Positions 37,540 through 37,636 of a stretch of DNA of 37,636 nt are shown piece after piece. A model generated the notes under the pieces. That model saw only the letters and a program-made list of their open reading frames with translations, searched no databases and was not told where the DNA came from. This stretch comes from Polyangiaceae bacterium (GTDB lineage Bacteria > Myxococcota_A > Polyangia > Polyangiales > Polyangiaceae). The first letter of the stretch is position 1. Every line of letters begins with the position of its first letter. The DNA is taken from contig JBGANF010000078.1 in the NCBI GenBank assembly GCA_044222475.1, positions 1 through 37,636 of the forward strand, read 5' to 3'. A program made the translations under genes and the position numbers.

Positions 37540-37636
37540 CGCCAGGGCGCCAGGAGCGCCAGGTGCGCAACACGGTCATGAGAGGCGAACACCCTCTTCT
37601 CTGGGTTTGAGCCGCTGGCGTCCTGGCGCCCTGGCG
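37540..37636. repeat. REP-like inverted repeat built from CGCCAGG units (truncated at window end)
   Basis: CGCCAGGGCGCCAGGAGCGCCAG (37540-37562) versus CTGGCGTCCTGGCGCCCTGGCG (37615-37636), reverse complements apart from a one-base bulge. Confidence 0.8.

Overview
High-GC chromosomal window, most consistent with a myxobacterium (Myxococcota, probably Polyangiales-like). That placement is inferred from the giant TPR proteins, the zinc-ribbon membrane protein, the Hanks-type kinase and the Cys-rich lipoprotein; no database search was run. It holds about 22 protein genes: a GMC oxidoreductase with a small partner, enolase, a DinG/YoaA helicase, three TPR/helical-repeat proteins (two giant), TerB, SppA, several lipoproteins, a HEAT/methyltransferase pair, M23 peptidase, Ser/Thr kinase, LD-carboxypeptidase, an acyltransferase/SDR pair and a lipoprotein/ferritin-like pair. 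It also holds tRNA-Val(TAC) and tRNA-Asp(GTC). No mobile-element genes or CRISPR were seen. The most unusual items are: (1) a ~480-bp intergenic array of GNNNAC hexamers that flips orientation at its centre, forming a large imperfect palindrome; (2) a small lipoprotein with four [H/A]-[T/V/I]-N-A-[P/T] motifs tightly coupled to a ferritin-like diiron enzyme, a candidate post-translational modification system; (3) a sigma54-type promoter ahead of a lipoprotein made of exactly 12 four-Cys modules; (4) a -10 box 6-8 nt before many start codons, suggesting widespread leaderless transcription; (5) two frameshifts, probably sequencing indels. Most of the long Arg/Ala-rich ORFs in the track are high-GC shadow frames.
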